Source: Gammaproteobacteria bacterium
GTDB taxonomy: Bacteria > Pseudomonadota > Gammaproteobacteria > Eutrophobiales > Eutrophobiaceae
Direction: 5' to 3'
NCBI GenBank assembly: GCA_965221695.1
Contig: OZ244905.1
Location: 640,001-704,000 of the forward strand
Length of the DNA stretch: 64,000 nt
Shown here: piece by piece, positions 19,259 through 29,602 of the stretch
Position numbering within the stretch: position 1 is the first letter of the stretch
Layout: the number at the start of each line of letters is the position of its first letter
The notes under the pieces: generated by a model
The model's input: only the letters and a program-made list of their open reading frames with translations
Told to the model about the DNA's origin: nothing
Databases searched by the model: none
Position numbers and translations under genes: made by a program

Positions 19259-22200
19259 TCAAACATCCCTCAATCGTTCTATCAGTTGCTGTAATGCCAG
19301 TTTTACCGTCTGCGCTCGCTCTGCCACCGGTTCGGTCAGGGGATCGGACAGTCTCGACAGCATCGGCAGCAGGCGTTTGCGCAGTTGTTCCGCCTGTTCA
19401 GACGGCAGGTTATCCTTACCCTGTTCAACTTTTTCCAAGCGCTGGCGCAACTGGTAAATCACGTTCCAGGCCGATTCGACATAAGCAGGTCCGTCGCCGG
19501 CATGATAGGCGCAACCGGAGCGCAGGATATACAGGTCCGGACTCCAGTAGGTTGCCAGCAGGTCGTCTAGCATTTCCAACGCATCCCGCGCAGCCTGTGT
19601 ATCACCATCTTCCCGCGCCTGCGCCACGCGCCAGTCCACCCGTAATTTGACCGCAATCGGAAATACCGGCGAAGTGGGCGGTACCCGCGCCAGGCTATCA
19701 TCCAACTCCCTGATGCGCCCGAATTGTCCGCGCAAGCCGTAGGTCCAGGCTTCGAATACGCGCCGCTCCGGGCCGCGCAAGCTGTTGGCCAGGGTAATAA
19801 TCTCTCGCGGCACCTGGCCGCGCGCGATATCACCGAGGTGTAGCATCAGCAGGCCGTACTTTGCGTTATCATTACCCGGATTGATCGACAACGCCAGATT
19901 GTATCGCTCACGCGCCCGTTCCGTATCGCCGCTGTTGTCCAGACCCATAGCCTCGATCACCGCCTTGCTGTCCTCTGCCGCCACGGCTTGCGCCAAATCG
20001 TAGGCGCGCCGGACGAAATCGCCCATCAGCAGGCGTTCGGCAATATACGCCAGGTCCAGATCGCCGGCATGTTGCCGGTGAAACCGGCTCTGCGGGTTCG
20101 TTAACGGGTCCATGCCGTCGAAAATCTTCTGCATGTCATCGGCTGTCAGCCCGTCTCCGTTGTTACGGCTGAAGAAGGCCAGCCGGTTATGCTCATCCGT
20201 ATTCACCGGCGCTCCGCCGGCAAATTGCCGGATAGCCTCATTGTCCAGGGTCAACATGACCAGCGCGTCTTCAATCCCGCGCATGCCCAGGCGGTTATAG
20301 TGACGCGGATGTTGCTGCAGGGCGCGACCCGCATTGCGCGCGCCGTTCCAGATTTCGATGGGAACATCCGCGCCAAGGAAAAACAGCACCTCCCGCTCCG
20401 GCTGGTACAGTTCCACATAGCTGAATTGTTCCGCGACCGTTGCTGCGAGCGTCTTCAGCAATGCCTCATCCACGAAACGGGAATTGATCCATTGCAGAAA
20501 CACGCCGCCGTTGTTAAGACGGGACTTGGCCAGCGCCAGGAACTCGCGGGTATACAGGTGGGAAGCGCCGCCGGTCCACGGATGCGAGGGTTGCGACACG
20601 ATGATGTCGTAACGCTTGTCAGACAGCATGATGGCATTGCGGGCGTCGTTGATCACCAGGTTCACACGCGGGTCCGAAAACGGATCGTGGCCGCGTTCGT
20701 TACTGACCGCGTCGTTGGCGCTGATCACCTTCGGTTCCAGTTCAATGACATCGATATCAGCGATGTGAGGCGCGACGCCTTCCAGCGCCACACCACCACC
20801 AAAGCCGACGACCAGCATGGAACGGGCGTCGGGCCGAGCCAGGGTGGTCAGGCCGGACAACCACTTCTGCGAGTTATTGACTGGCGCCGTGCCGAGCCTG
20901 GCGATGGCGGATTCCGACAGGCCGTTACTGGACAAGTGAAAAAAACCGTCCAGTTCGGTCATCAATATGGTCGCCGAACGGCCGACACCGTAGTAGTATT
21001 CTTCACCCCGCACTTTGTCATCCGGAACCTGCGCATAGATGAGGTCATCCGGACGCTCGAAGCGCAGCACAAATAAGCTGAGTACAGCCAGCGCCAGCGC
21101 ACCGGACATGGTCCATTTCCGTTGTGGTTGCAGGGTCGCGGCGACAACGGCAGCCAGTGCAATGCTGACCAGCATGACCAGTTGCAGCGTGTGGCCGAAA
21201 CCAAGGGCCGGCAGGAGGAAAAATCCGGTCAGCAACGCGCCGCTGATAGCCCCGACCGTGTTCCAGCTATAGATGCGACCGGCCACGCCGGCAGCCACTT
21301 GCGCCTGTTGTGCGCCGATGCGTACCGCCAGCGGATAGGTAGCGCCGATGAACAGTGTAGCCGGAACAATCACCAGGAAGGCGTACAGCGCTTTGCCGGC
21401 TAACTCCCTACCTTCCGGCAACCATGCACAGATGACGGTATAGGAGAGCCAGGAAAATATCGCGATCAGCGCCTGCGCGGCGCTGAACAGCGCCAGCGCC
21501 CTGCTTCGCTCCCGCGCCAGGGGGCCTGCCGCCAACCCGCCCAGGGCAATACCGGTGAGAAAACAGGCCAGCATAATGGAGAACGCATAGATGGTCCCGC
21601 CGAACAGGTGACTCAACAAGCGCGTCCAGAGCACTTCCAGGGTGAACGAGACCATGCCGGAGACCAGCATCACTGGCATGATCCAATGGTAGCGGGTCTG
21701 GCGCACAGTGTGTCCCTGGGAAACTGGATCGTCAGCAGGTCCTTCGGCGCCAGTTTCCATCGCAGGTTGGGCAGCAGTAAGGCGAGGCGAACCGGGATCG
21801 CCCCCTTGTCCTTGAGCATCTGTCCCCGCTCCTTGTTGGACGGCAACGAGGCGCGCCAGGTAGAGCGCGATGAAAAATACGAGCAGGTTAACTCCGGCGC
21901 CGACTCCGAGGGTACCGAACAGACCCAGCCAGGGTAACAGCAGGAAACCCGCCACCAGGGCGCCAAACACCGCGCCCAAGGTATTAATGCCGTAAAGGAA
22001 ACCGACCCTGGGTCCGATCTGGTTGTCGGCGCTGACTGCGTATTTTGCCAGCAGCGGCAGCGTCGCGCCCATGGCCGCGGTGGGCAGGGACAGGATCAGA
22101 AATGTGGCCGCAAGGTAGTACAGAGTCTGCCCTACGCCCGTATCGGATACCGGTTCCGGCATGCCGCCGAACACTGAGATAAACAGCAGTTGGGCGACAC

Positions 22201-22630
22201 CCAGTAGCGCCGGCACAAGTAATGCGGTTATGCCAATCAAACCCTCCAACACACCGTAGACCAGTACCGGTCGGCGGAGTGCGGGCACAAACCGGGCTGC
22301 CAGCGCCGCGCCCAGGGCCAGTCCCGCCATGTACGCCGCCAGTGTCGTCGCCACGGCGATATGCGAAGTCCCGAATACCACCCCCAGTTTCTTCAACCAG
22401 GCAGCCTGGTACAGCAGCGCGGCAAAACCGGACAGGAAAAAACAGGCCGCCAGCGCGAGCAACACTGGTTTTTCCCTGCTAGCTACTGGATTGGGGGAAG
22501 GCCCCTGCTTTTCATATGCAGGAGTATCTTTGAAACCTGTTCTTTTTTTGCCGGAAGCAGACTGAGATCCGATGCTCTCCCCGCGCCCGGACTGCCTGTT
22601 GGAACGCATTTTAGCCCTTTTTTGAGCCAT
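19259..22630 (-). CDS. Fused membrane (MFS-like) / spermidine synthase-like protein with C-terminal TPR-like region
   Basis: Repeated TM blocks (FFLSGFAALLYQ, MGATLP, LYGINTLGA) and a SAM domain (VVGFGGG, VIELEPKV, NDARN, YDIIVSQPSHPW, LYTREF). Start codon uncertain. Confidence 0.85.
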   Translation of the reverse strand: MAQKRAKMRSNRQSGRGESIGSQSASGKKRTGFKDTPAYEKQGPSPNPVASREKPVLLALAACFFLSGFAALLYQAAWLKKLGVVFGTSHIAVATTLAAYMAGLALGAALAARFVPALRRPVLVYGVLEGLIGITALLVPALLGVAQLLFISVFGGMPEPVSDTGVGQTLYYLAATFLILSLPTAAMGATLPLLAKYAVSADNQIGPRVGFLYGINTLGAVFGALVAGFLLLPWLGLFGTLGVGAGVNLLVFFIALYLARLVAVQQGAGTDAQGQGGDPGSPRLTAAQPAMETGAEGPADDPVSQGHTVRQTRYHWIMPVMLVSGMVSFTLEVLWTRLLSHLFGGTIYAFSIMLACFLTGIALGGLAAGPLARERSRALALFSAAQALIAIFSWLSYTVICAWLPEGRELAGKALYAFLVIVPATLFIGATYPLAVRIGAQQAQVAAGVAGRIYSWNTVGAISGALLTGFFLLPALGFGHTLQLVMLVSIALAAVVAATLQPQRKWTMSGALALAVLSLFVLRFERPDDLIYAQVPDDKVRGEEYYYGVGRSATILMTELDGFFHLSSNGLSESAIARLGTAPVNNSQKWLSGLTTLARPDARSMLVVGFGGGVALEGVAPHIADIDVIELEPKVISANDAVSNERGHDPFSDPRVNLVINDARNAIMLSDKRYDIIVSQPSHPWTGGASHLYTREFLALAKSRLNNGGVFLQWINSRFVDEALLKTLAATVAEQFSYVELYQPEREVLFFLGADVPIEIWNGARNAGRALQQHPRHYNRLGMRGIEDALVMLTLDNEAIRQFAGGAPVNTDEHNRLAFFSRNNGDGLTADDMQKIFDGMDPLTNPQSRFHRQHAGDLDLAYIAERLLMGDFVRRAYDLAQAVAAEDSKAVIEAMGLDNSGDTERARERYNLALSINPGNDNAKYGLLMLHLGDIARGQVPREIITLANSLRGPERRVFEAWTYGLRGQFGRIRELDDSLARVPPTSPVFPIAVKLRVDWRVAQAREDGDTQAARDALEMLDDLLATYWSPDLYILRSGCAYHAGDGPAYVESAWNVIYQLRQRLEKVEQGKDNLPSEQAEQLRKRLLPMLSRLSDPLTEPVAERAQTVKLALQQLIERLRDV

Positions 22631-22631
22631 T

Positions 22632-22900
22632 CTAGTACTCTTTCAACTTAATTTTGACATGTTCAGAGTCACACAGCGACGCCAAGACAAGGCGCAGCCC
22701 GCCGGTAATGGCGCGCCCTTGCCAAGGGCTGCAACGCCGTATTGGCGTCGCTGTGTGGCTCCCTGCGGGCGGGCCGGGAAGCGGTCGCCCGCTGCGTTGC
22801 ACCGCTTGCGAAGGGCGCGCCATTCCCTGCGCATCGCGCCTTGCGCTCAACCGCTTCCCGACCCGCTGAATATGTCAAAATTAAGTTGAAAGAGTACTAG
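22632..22900. mobile_element. 269-bp MITE with long terminal inverted repeats
   Basis: CTAGTACTCTTTCAACTTAATTTTGACAT perfect 29-bp IR at both ends (35 bp with one mismatch). CTAG is a probable target duplication; GC-rich palindromic interior. Confidence 0.9.
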
Positions 22901-22930
22901 TTTATGGTCCCTGACTCGTAATCCGCACAC

Positions 22931-23171
22931 CATTCCCGTGCAAACGAGAATCCAGTAAGCAACATTTCCTTAGGAAACTCTGATTAAGTCAGAGTTTCCT
23001 TCGATACAGGGAGGTATCGCCACAATCAATGACGATAAGTCATTGATTGTGTGAGCACAACAAAAATCGCATTTTTGTTGTGCGTGCTCTGACAAGTCCA
23101 GGATGGATTTGTTCAGAGCTTCCATTATAAGGGTATTGTCGCCGACTGGATTCCCGCCGCTGCGGAAATGG
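22931..23171. repeat. Inverted REP-like doublet interrupted by a 150-bp MITE
   Basis: CATTCCCGTGCAAACGAGAATCCAGT (22931-22956) and CTGGATTCCCGCCGCTGCGGAAATG (23146-23170). Confidence 0.7.
22973..23123. mobile_element. 150-bp five-hairpin MITE, copy 2
   Basis: GGAAACTCTGA...TCAGAGCTTCC ends; same five hairpins as copy 1. Confidence 0.85.
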
Positions 23172-23199
23172 CAAGCGCTGGCGGGGTATGCCAGGTTGA

Positions 23200-25509
23200 C
23201 TAGAAGTCTACCCTGGCGCGCACCCCCCAGGTTGCCGGTTGCCCCATATACATCGTATTCCCCCCCTCGGTAAGCCCTTCAAATCCATTGGTGGCGTACA
23301 ATGTGTCCGTTACATTCTTACCGTACACGGATATTCGATAGCGATCGTCCGGCCCGAACATGTAGTAACCGTTGACATTCAGGACAAAATACTCATCGTC
23401 CGGGAAGGTGTTGGCCACGTCGAACCAGCGTTCATCTTTATAGCGTCCGTCTACAATGACCCCGAACATGCCGTTGCCCATCGGCCAGTCCTGGCGTACG
23501 GAAAAATTGAAGCTAAGATCAGCCGCGCCAGGCAAACCATTCCCGATCTGGCTCTCATCAGCGCTATCAACTATCTCTGTATCAAGATAGGATACTCCAA
23601 CATTCAGATAAGTATGTTCCATAGGCGCCCAATCCAAAGTGGCATCCATCCCCCAGATTTCTGAACTGACGGCAATCCGGATGAATTCTCCATTGAGAAA
23701 CTGGCTGATTTGCTGGTCACGGAAGTCATTGAAAAACCCTGAAATATTGAGACGCGCCTTGCCGCCTGCCAGGTCGGATTTAATTCCGATTTCAAAGGCA
23801 TCCACCTTCTCCGGTGACAGCGGGTTATCGGCAAGACCAAGCATAATGAACATGGGCGCGGTATTGAAGTTGCCGGCCTTGTAACCGCGGCTCCATTGCG
23901 CAAAAGTCAGGATGTCGTCGTTCAGCCGGTAGTCAACTCCCACCTTGGCGCCCCATTCTTCCCAGGTGGTATCGTTGATATTGGCATCCGGATTATCGGG
24001 ACCACCGACAGTACGCGTATTCAAGCCATTATTCTTGGCGACAGTCCAAAGATCCTCAAAATCAGGCAGGTCTTCACCGGAATACAACGGCCCCGCCAGC
24101 TCCGCCCCCCAAACCCCGGGACCGCCGAAGATGGCCCTGGCGCTGCCCTTGACATTATCCGAACCATAGCGAAAACCGCCCTTGAAGGTGAGTGGTTCGG
24201 CAACATCGTACTCAACGTCAATATAACCGGAATAGGTGGTGTTTTCTCGGATACCTTCCGCTTTTACCAGCAGCGGCACAGGGTTTTCCCGAGAACCATT
24301 CTCAAATACCGGCCCGGGTGTCAGCGATATGTCTTCCCAGAAACCGTACACGCCCAGGTGCCAGCGCAACTTGTCCTCATCCTTGGAGCTTATCCTGAAT
24401 TCCTGGCTGATCTGGTCCTGCTCGGTATGCTGCCAGAAGTGAAAAGCCGGCGTCGGTGTGCCGTCCGCATCCTCGTTATAGTCGTTTTCGCTTTCTTCAT
24501 ATGCTGAGATCGACGTGAAGGTGAAGTTGTCAAATTCCCATACCACATGCGCAGAGAACCCTTTGCCTTCCACATCCAGTCTCGGGCGCTCCATGTCGTA
24601 AGGTGTATCGAGCTGGTCGCCACTGCCCACATATCCCGCGGCATTGGCGCAGGCGCCCGGCTTATTCGGTGTTGCACAGGGTTGGGTCGGGTCGTTCGGG
24701 TCCCGGGTACCGACAAACATCACCAGGTCCTGGTCGGACTTAATCTGTTCGTAATGGCCTTTCAACCGGACATAGATGTCATCGGAAAGCTGGAAAGCAA
24801 GCTGGCCGCGGATGCCGTACTTGTCGGCGCCGCCAATCTTGGAATCGTAAACGGAATTTTTCCGGAAATCATCCCGTGTGTGGTACTGGGCGGCAATACG
24901 AATGGCAGCTTTGTCACCGAGCGGTGCGCCGAACGCGCCATCCAGTTCCACGTTGTCCCAGCGCCCGTAGCCGGCGCTGAGAAACCCGTTGGCCTCGCCG
25001 CCGATTTCAGGCTTGCGGGTAACGTAGTTGACGGCGCCGCCGGTGGTATTGCGCCCATACAAGGTATTCTGCGGCCCGGCCATCACCTCGACCCGTTCCA
25101 TGTCATAGACCTGGGCCAGGTTTACCCCGGGTGATTCCAGCACTACCTCATCCACATACACCCCCACGCTGTTCGACGAGGCCAGGCCCTTGGCGCCGAC
25201 ACCGCGGATGAAGAAGTTGCCATAGGTATAGCCACCGTTGTTGATAATATCAAAATTCGGCACTTTGAGCAGAACCTCCTGGGCGCCGGAAAGGTTTTGT
25301 AGTTCCAGTTCATCGCCGCTGAAAGCCGTGATGGTAATACCGATATCCTGCAATGACTCGGTACGTTTGGTCGCGGTAACGACGATTTCCTCCAACGCCT
25401 GGGACCAAGCAATTGGAAGGTTTGCGACAGCGAGAACCAGCCCGAACAGGGACGCACACAACGCGCCAGAGTTTCTGTTCAGCCGTGCAGGCAATAAGTT
25501 ATTGTTCAT
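23200..25509 (-). CDS. TonB-dependent receptor
   Basis: LEEIVVTATKRTESLQD, ERVEVMAGPQNTLYGRNTTGGA, terminal VDF. Confidence 0.92.
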   Translation of the reverse strand: MNNNLLPARLNRNSGALCASLFGLVLAVANLPIAWSQALEEIVVTATKRTESLQDIGITITAFSGDELELQNLSGAQEVLLKVPNFDIINNGGYTYGNFFIRGVGAKGLASSNSVGVYVDEVVLESPGVNLAQVYDMERVEVMAGPQNTLYGRNTTGGAVNYVTRKPEIGGEANGFLSAGYGRWDNVELDGAFGAPLGDKAAIRIAAQYHTRDDFRKNSVYDSKIGGADKYGIRGQLAFQLSDDIYVRLKGHYEQIKSDQDLVMFVGTRDPNDPTQPCATPNKPGACANAAGYVGSGDQLDTPYDMERPRLDVEGKGFSAHVVWEFDNFTFTSISAYEESENDYNEDADGTPTPAFHFWQHTEQDQISQEFRISSKDEDKLRWHLGVYGFWEDISLTPGPVFENGSRENPVPLLVKAEGIRENTTYSGYIDVEYDVAEPLTFKGGFRYGSDNVKGSARAIFGGPGVWGAELAGPLYSGEDLPDFEDLWTVAKNNGLNTRTVGGPDNPDANINDTTWEEWGAKVGVDYRLNDDILTFAQWSRGYKAGNFNTAPMFIMLGLADNPLSPEKVDAFEIGIKSDLAGGKARLNISGFFNDFRDQQISQFLNGEFIRIAVSSEIWGMDATLDWAPMEHTYLNVGVSYLDTEIVDSADESQIGNGLPGAADLSFNFSVRQDWPMGNGMFGVIVDGRYKDERWFDVANTFPDDEYFVLNVNGYYMFGPDDRYRISVYGKNVTDTLYATNGFEGLTEGGNTMYMGQPATWGVRARVDF

Positions 25510-25522
25510 TCTATACCCCTCA

Positions 25523-25684
25523 TTGTTTTACAACCGTAGTATTGAGCCCGGCTCGATATTTGTTCTGTTTGGCAAAATTACAACATTAATAATTCAAATG
25601 CAACAGCTAATGTACAACAATTCAGTTGATATTTTACAGATTATTGGAATGATTAACGTGATTTTGCTTGTGTTTGTTGTACAA
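25523..25684. promoter_or_regulatory. Divergent promoter with putative GntR operators
   Basis: TTGTTTTACAA (25523), ATGTACAACAA (25610) and TTGTTGTACAA (25674). Confidence 0.6.
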
Positions 25685-25698
25685 AAGAGATAAAAAAG

Positions 25699-25747
25699 CT
25701 AGTACTCTTTCAACTTAATTTTGACATGTATCAGATACAAGACAAAG
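25699..25747 (+). mobile_element. Orphan end of the 269-bp MITE
   Basis: Exact CTAGTACTCTTTCAACTTAATTTTGACATG followed by a residual CAAGACAA. Confidence 0.8.
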
Positions 25748-25868
25748 CTGCCTGGCAGTTCCCATGGGCATTAGCCTGCATATTGCACCGGTGGATACAA
25801 TACTTGCGCAGAATATTTCAGGGCAAACGATTTGCACGGCAACAGCCACACGCTCAGAGGCTATCCGG

Positions 25869-27848
25869 ATGAAAAAAAATAAAACCCGAAAAGAAGAATC
25901 ATTGCTGGGGTTGGATCGGGAAATCACCCGCCGCGATTTTGTCGGCAGCGCCCTGGTCGGCGCCGGCGCCGGCCTGCTCGCGATGAAGGCGCCTGGGGTC
26001 CGGGCAGGTAACAACCCCGCGGTAACACACCGCAACATCCCGCAACAAATGCCGGTTCCCCTGACCGGCCTCTCACAGGACTGGACCGGACCCGGCGGTG
26101 TAGGCGATTACGCAGGAAAAAACGGCAATACCCATGAAGTGGTCAACGCCGCGCATGCCATCAGGAACCGTGAATTCGACAAGCAACTCGGCGGCGCGCA
26201 CGACACCGGCGAATCCTTCGACCTGGTCGTGGTCGGATGCGGTTTCGCCGGCTTGACCGCGGCGGCCACCTACCTGGAAGGCAATCCTGACGCCCGCATC
26301 CTGCTGCTGGACAACCATGCGATCTTCGGCGGCGAGGCCAAGGAGAACGAATTCGAGGTGGACGGTTACCGATTGTGGGGCCCACAGGGTTCGACCGGCA
26401 CGGTATTCAGCAAGGACAAGACCCGCCTGCCACTGTCGGTGCACCGCATGTGGCGCAAGCTGGGATTGCCGGAGAGTTTCGAACACCAGCAACTGGAAGG
26501 GACCGACAAGGACCTGTTTGTCCCGGTCGATGTCTGGGGTCCGATGCACGCGCGCTGGGAAGACGCCGACCTGGGCTGGTACTTCAAAGAGCATGGCTGG
26601 GTCAAGGACCCCTGGTCCAACGGCATGCGCGGCGCGCCCATTTCCGATAACCTGAAGAATGATTATTACGCGATGGAACTGTTCCGCCGCCCGCCGCGCC
26701 GTGACGACTGGAAGCAGTGGCTGGACAGTATGACCTACAAAGAATTCGTCATGAACGTGATGGGGCTGTCGGACGAGGTGTTTCCATACCTGGACCCGTT
26801 GTTGGCCGCGATGGGCACCGGCCTGGGCTGCGATGTGATATCGGCCTACCAGGCTTACGAGTTCGTGGCGCCGGGCGTCCATGCCTACCGCAGGTACCAG
26901 GGCCTTGGCGACCCCACCAACTTCTCCTATATCGCTTCGTTTCCCGGCGGTAACGGCGCACTGCTCAAGTATTTCGTCAAATTCCTGATACCGGACGCCA
27001 TCAGCGGCGATACCTCATTGGCCAACATGGCGGTCTACAGCCGGGTCAACTGGGACGCGCTGGACCGGCGCGATGCGCCGGTGAAGATGCGCCTGAGCGC
27101 TACTGTTGCTGCGGTTGAACATAACGGTCCACCCGATACGGCCGACGACGTATTCGTGACCTACTACAAAGACGGCAAACTGCATCGGGTCAACGCCAGA
27201 CATGTGGCGGTATGCAGCGGCCAATGGGTCAACCGTTATATCGTCAGGGACTTGCCGGATGAACACTTCGATGCCATGAGCGAGTTCCACCATGCGCCTA
27301 TCCTCACGTTGAACGTGGCGGTGCGCAACTGGAAGTTCATGGAGAACCTGGGCATTACCGCGGCGCGCTGGTTCGAGGGTTTCGGCTGGTTCATGAGCCT
27401 GCGCCGGCAGATGCTGTTCGACGGCAAGGCGCCGATGCCGCTGGACCCTGCCAAACCCACGGTTTTGACCCTGTTCATTCCGTTTACCCTGCACGGCATG
27501 CCGTTGAAGGAACAGGCAGTGGCATCCCGCATGCAGATGTTCGGCATGAGTTACAAAGAGATCGAAACCCGGCTGCGCGAGCAGTTTAGCGAAATGTTTT
27601 CCGCTTACGGGTTTGACGCCAGGCGGGACATCGCCGGCATCATCGCCAACCGCCATGGCCATGCCTACGGGGTGAGCGGGCCCGGGTTTTATTTCGGCAA
27701 CAAAGGGCGTGAAGCGCCCAGCGATATTATCCGCCGGGGTTTTGGGCGGATATGCTTCGGCCACTCGGAACTTACCGGCCACCAACTGTGGACGACCGCG
27801 GCCGAAGAAGGCGAGCGCGCGGCCCTGCAACTGCTTGATATTGCCTGA
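25869..27848 (+). CDS. Tat-exported FAD-dependent oxidoreductase, spermidine dehydrogenase (SpdH)-like
   Basis: LGLDREITRRDFVG twin-arginine signal, DLVVVGCGFAGLTAA, LDNHAIFGGEAKENEF and RDIAGIIANRHGHAY; RBS GAGG before 25869. Confidence 0.75.
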   Translation: MKKNKTRKEESLLGLDREITRRDFVGSALVGAGAGLLAMKAPGVRAGNNPAVTHRNIPQQMPVPLTGLSQDWTGPGGVGDYAGKNGNTHEVVNAAHAIRNREFDKQLGGAHDTGESFDLVVVGCGFAGLTAAATYLEGNPDARILLLDNHAIFGGEAKENEFEVDGYRLWGPQGSTGTVFSKDKTRLPLSVHRMWRKLGLPESFEHQQLEGTDKDLFVPVDVWGPMHARWEDADLGWYFKEHGWVKDPWSNGMRGAPISDNLKNDYYAMELFRRPPRRDDWKQWLDSMTYKEFVMNVMGLSDEVFPYLDPLLAAMGTGLGCDVISAYQAYEFVAPGVHAYRRYQGLGDPTNFSYIASFPGGNGALLKYFVKFLIPDAISGDTSLANMAVYSRVNWDALDRRDAPVKMRLSATVAAVEHNGPPDTADDVFVTYYKDGKLHRVNARHVAVCSGQWVNRYIVRDLPDEHFDAMSEFHHAPILTLNVAVRNWKFMENLGITAARWFEGFGWFMSLRRQMLFDGKAPMPLDPAKPTVLTLFIPFTLHGMPLKEQAVASRMQMFGMSYKEIETRLREQFSEMFSAYGFDARRDIAGIIANRHGHAYGVSGPGFYFGNKGREAPSDIIRRGFGRICFGHSELTGHQLWTTAAEEGERAALQLLDIA

Positions 27849-27886
27849 TCGCACAACTACTTACATATATTAACTCCGGCACACTT

Positions 27887-29602
27887 ATGAATAATCCATA
27901 TAATCTACTCCCTGGCGGATGGCGCAAACAGATTTGTTTCATGCTGCTCTTCATTTCACTGCCCACGCTGTCCGTGGCCGTTGAATTCACCGACCCGCCG
28001 AAACTTATTGCAAATCCGTCCGGGCGGGTACCGTTGGCTGCAGTCATCGAATTTACCAGCATTGAGCAGCTTGACGCCCATATCGAAATAACGGACGGGG
28101 AAAATACCTGGGATGCGGCCTTCGCTGCGGGCAGCGCTGAAGAAGGAAAATATGCAATTCCGGTACTGGGGATGCGGGCCGAGCGCGAGCACCAGATAAC
28201 CCTGACCTTGCGCTCAGATAATGAAACGGTTTATACCGAAACCTTCAGACATATGACTCCGGGCTATCCGGATAAACTGAATTTCCCCCAGATCAAGGTA
28301 TCCGTGTCCGAACCGGCGCGTATGGAACCTGGTGTTACCTTCCTCAGCGCCCGCCGGCGCGCCCTGGGACGCGGACACTGGTTGACGAAAAAGCAATACG
28401 AATGGTCCACCAATTTCGGGCTGCTCGTGGCCTTGGACAACAAGGGCGAGGTCGTGTGGTGGTTTGAATCGTCGTCCCGGGTGGCGGGGATTGAGCGACT
28501 CAGTAACGGGCATATCCTGATGCACCGTTTCAGTTCATCGCTTATCGTCGACATGCTCGGCAATGTGCAGGCGGAATACTACCCGGAAGACAATCCCATG
28601 CCGCCTCCCGATAACCCGAGTGCAATTCCCATCCGCAACCAGCAGACCTTGCATCACCAACCCCACGAATTGCCAGACGGCAATTTCCTTGCGTTTACCG
28701 CAAACGGCTATCCGATGAAAGACTGGTATTCCAGCGAGACGGACCCGGACGCGCCCAGGAAAGACGCCATCATCATGGCAGACTCCGTCGTCATCTTCAC
28801 ACCGGAAGGAGAACAGGTCTGGACCTGGGACTCCATGGATTACCTGGACCCCTGGCGCATCGGGCGCGACACCTTCTGGAGTTACTGGTGGACCCGGGGG
28901 TTCGACGGGTACCTCGACTGGACCCACGCCAACGGCTTGAGTTATGACCCGAGGGATGACTCGATCCTGGTGTCGTTCCGACAACAGAGTGCAGTCGTCA
29001 AGATCGACAAGAAAACCAAGGAGATCAAATGGATACTCGGCCATCACCGAGGCTGGCCGGCGCGCCTCAAGGACAAACTGCTGACGCCGGTTGGCGATCT
29101 CATGTGGCCTGCCTACCAGCATAACCCGCGAGTGACTCACGCCGGAACCATCATCCTGTTCGACAACCGCGCCTACAACGGCGCGATGGCCTTTGAAGAC
29201 TATCCGCCCCTGGAGGACAACTTCAGCCGCGCCGTCGAATACGAGGTGGACGAGGAAAACATGACCGTAAAACAGGTCTGGACCAGCGGCGACACCCAGA
29301 CCGAGGATTCCTGTTTCACCTATGCGATGAGCGACGCCTGGCGTTTGCCGATAACCGATAATCGCCTGGTGATCCATGCCTTTTGCACACCGCTGATACC
29401 CGGACTGGGCGAGGACATCATGGATGAAACCCGGCGCGTCACGGACGACATCTACTATCCGGGTGGGCACATCCTCGAATACGCCGGCGATGAAGTGGTG
29501 TTCCAAGTGGACTTCGGCATGGAACATGAACTGTTCCAGTGGAACGTATACGGTGGCTTCAGGAGTCCGAGCATATACCATACACCCGGCGCGGCGCACT
29601 GA
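27887..29602 (+). CDS. Aryl-sulfate sulfotransferase (ASST family)
   Basis: NPSGRVPLAA Ig-like N-domain, LHHQPHELPDGNFL, DWTHANGLSYD, VSFRQQ, YQHNP, LFDN and SRAVEYEVDE. Confidence 0.85.
   Translation: MNNPYNLLPGGWRKQICFMLLFISLPTLSVAVEFTDPPKLIANPSGRVPLAAVIEFTSIEQLDAHIEITDGENTWDAAFAAGSAEEGKYAIPVLGMRAEREHQITLTLRSDNETVYTETFRHMTPGYPDKLNFPQIKVSVSEPARMEPGVTFLSARRRALGRGHWLTKKQYEWSTNFGLLVALDNKGEVVWWFESSSRVAGIERLSNGHILMHRFSSSLIVDMLGNVQAEYYPEDNPMPPPDNPSAIPIRNQQTLHHQPHELPDGNFLAFTANGYPMKDWYSSETDPDAPRKDAIIMADSVVIFTPEGEQVWTWDSMDYLDPWRIGRDTFWSYWWTRGFDGYLDWTHANGLSYDPRDDSILVSFRQQSAVVKIDKKTKEIKWILGHHRGWPARLKDKLLTPVGDLMWPAYQHNPRVTHAGTIILFDNRAYNGAMAFEDYPPLEDNFSRAVEYEVDEENMTVKQVWTSGDTQTEDSCFTYAMSDAWRLPITDNRLVIHAFCTPLIPGLGEDIMDETRRVTDDIYYPGGHILEYAGDEVVFQVDFGMEHELFQWNVYGGFRSPSIYHTPGAAH

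Noticed and set aside
22632-22889. Several 63-76 aa ORFs on both strands
   Set aside because: They lie entirely inside the palindromic MITE and show no transposase motifs.
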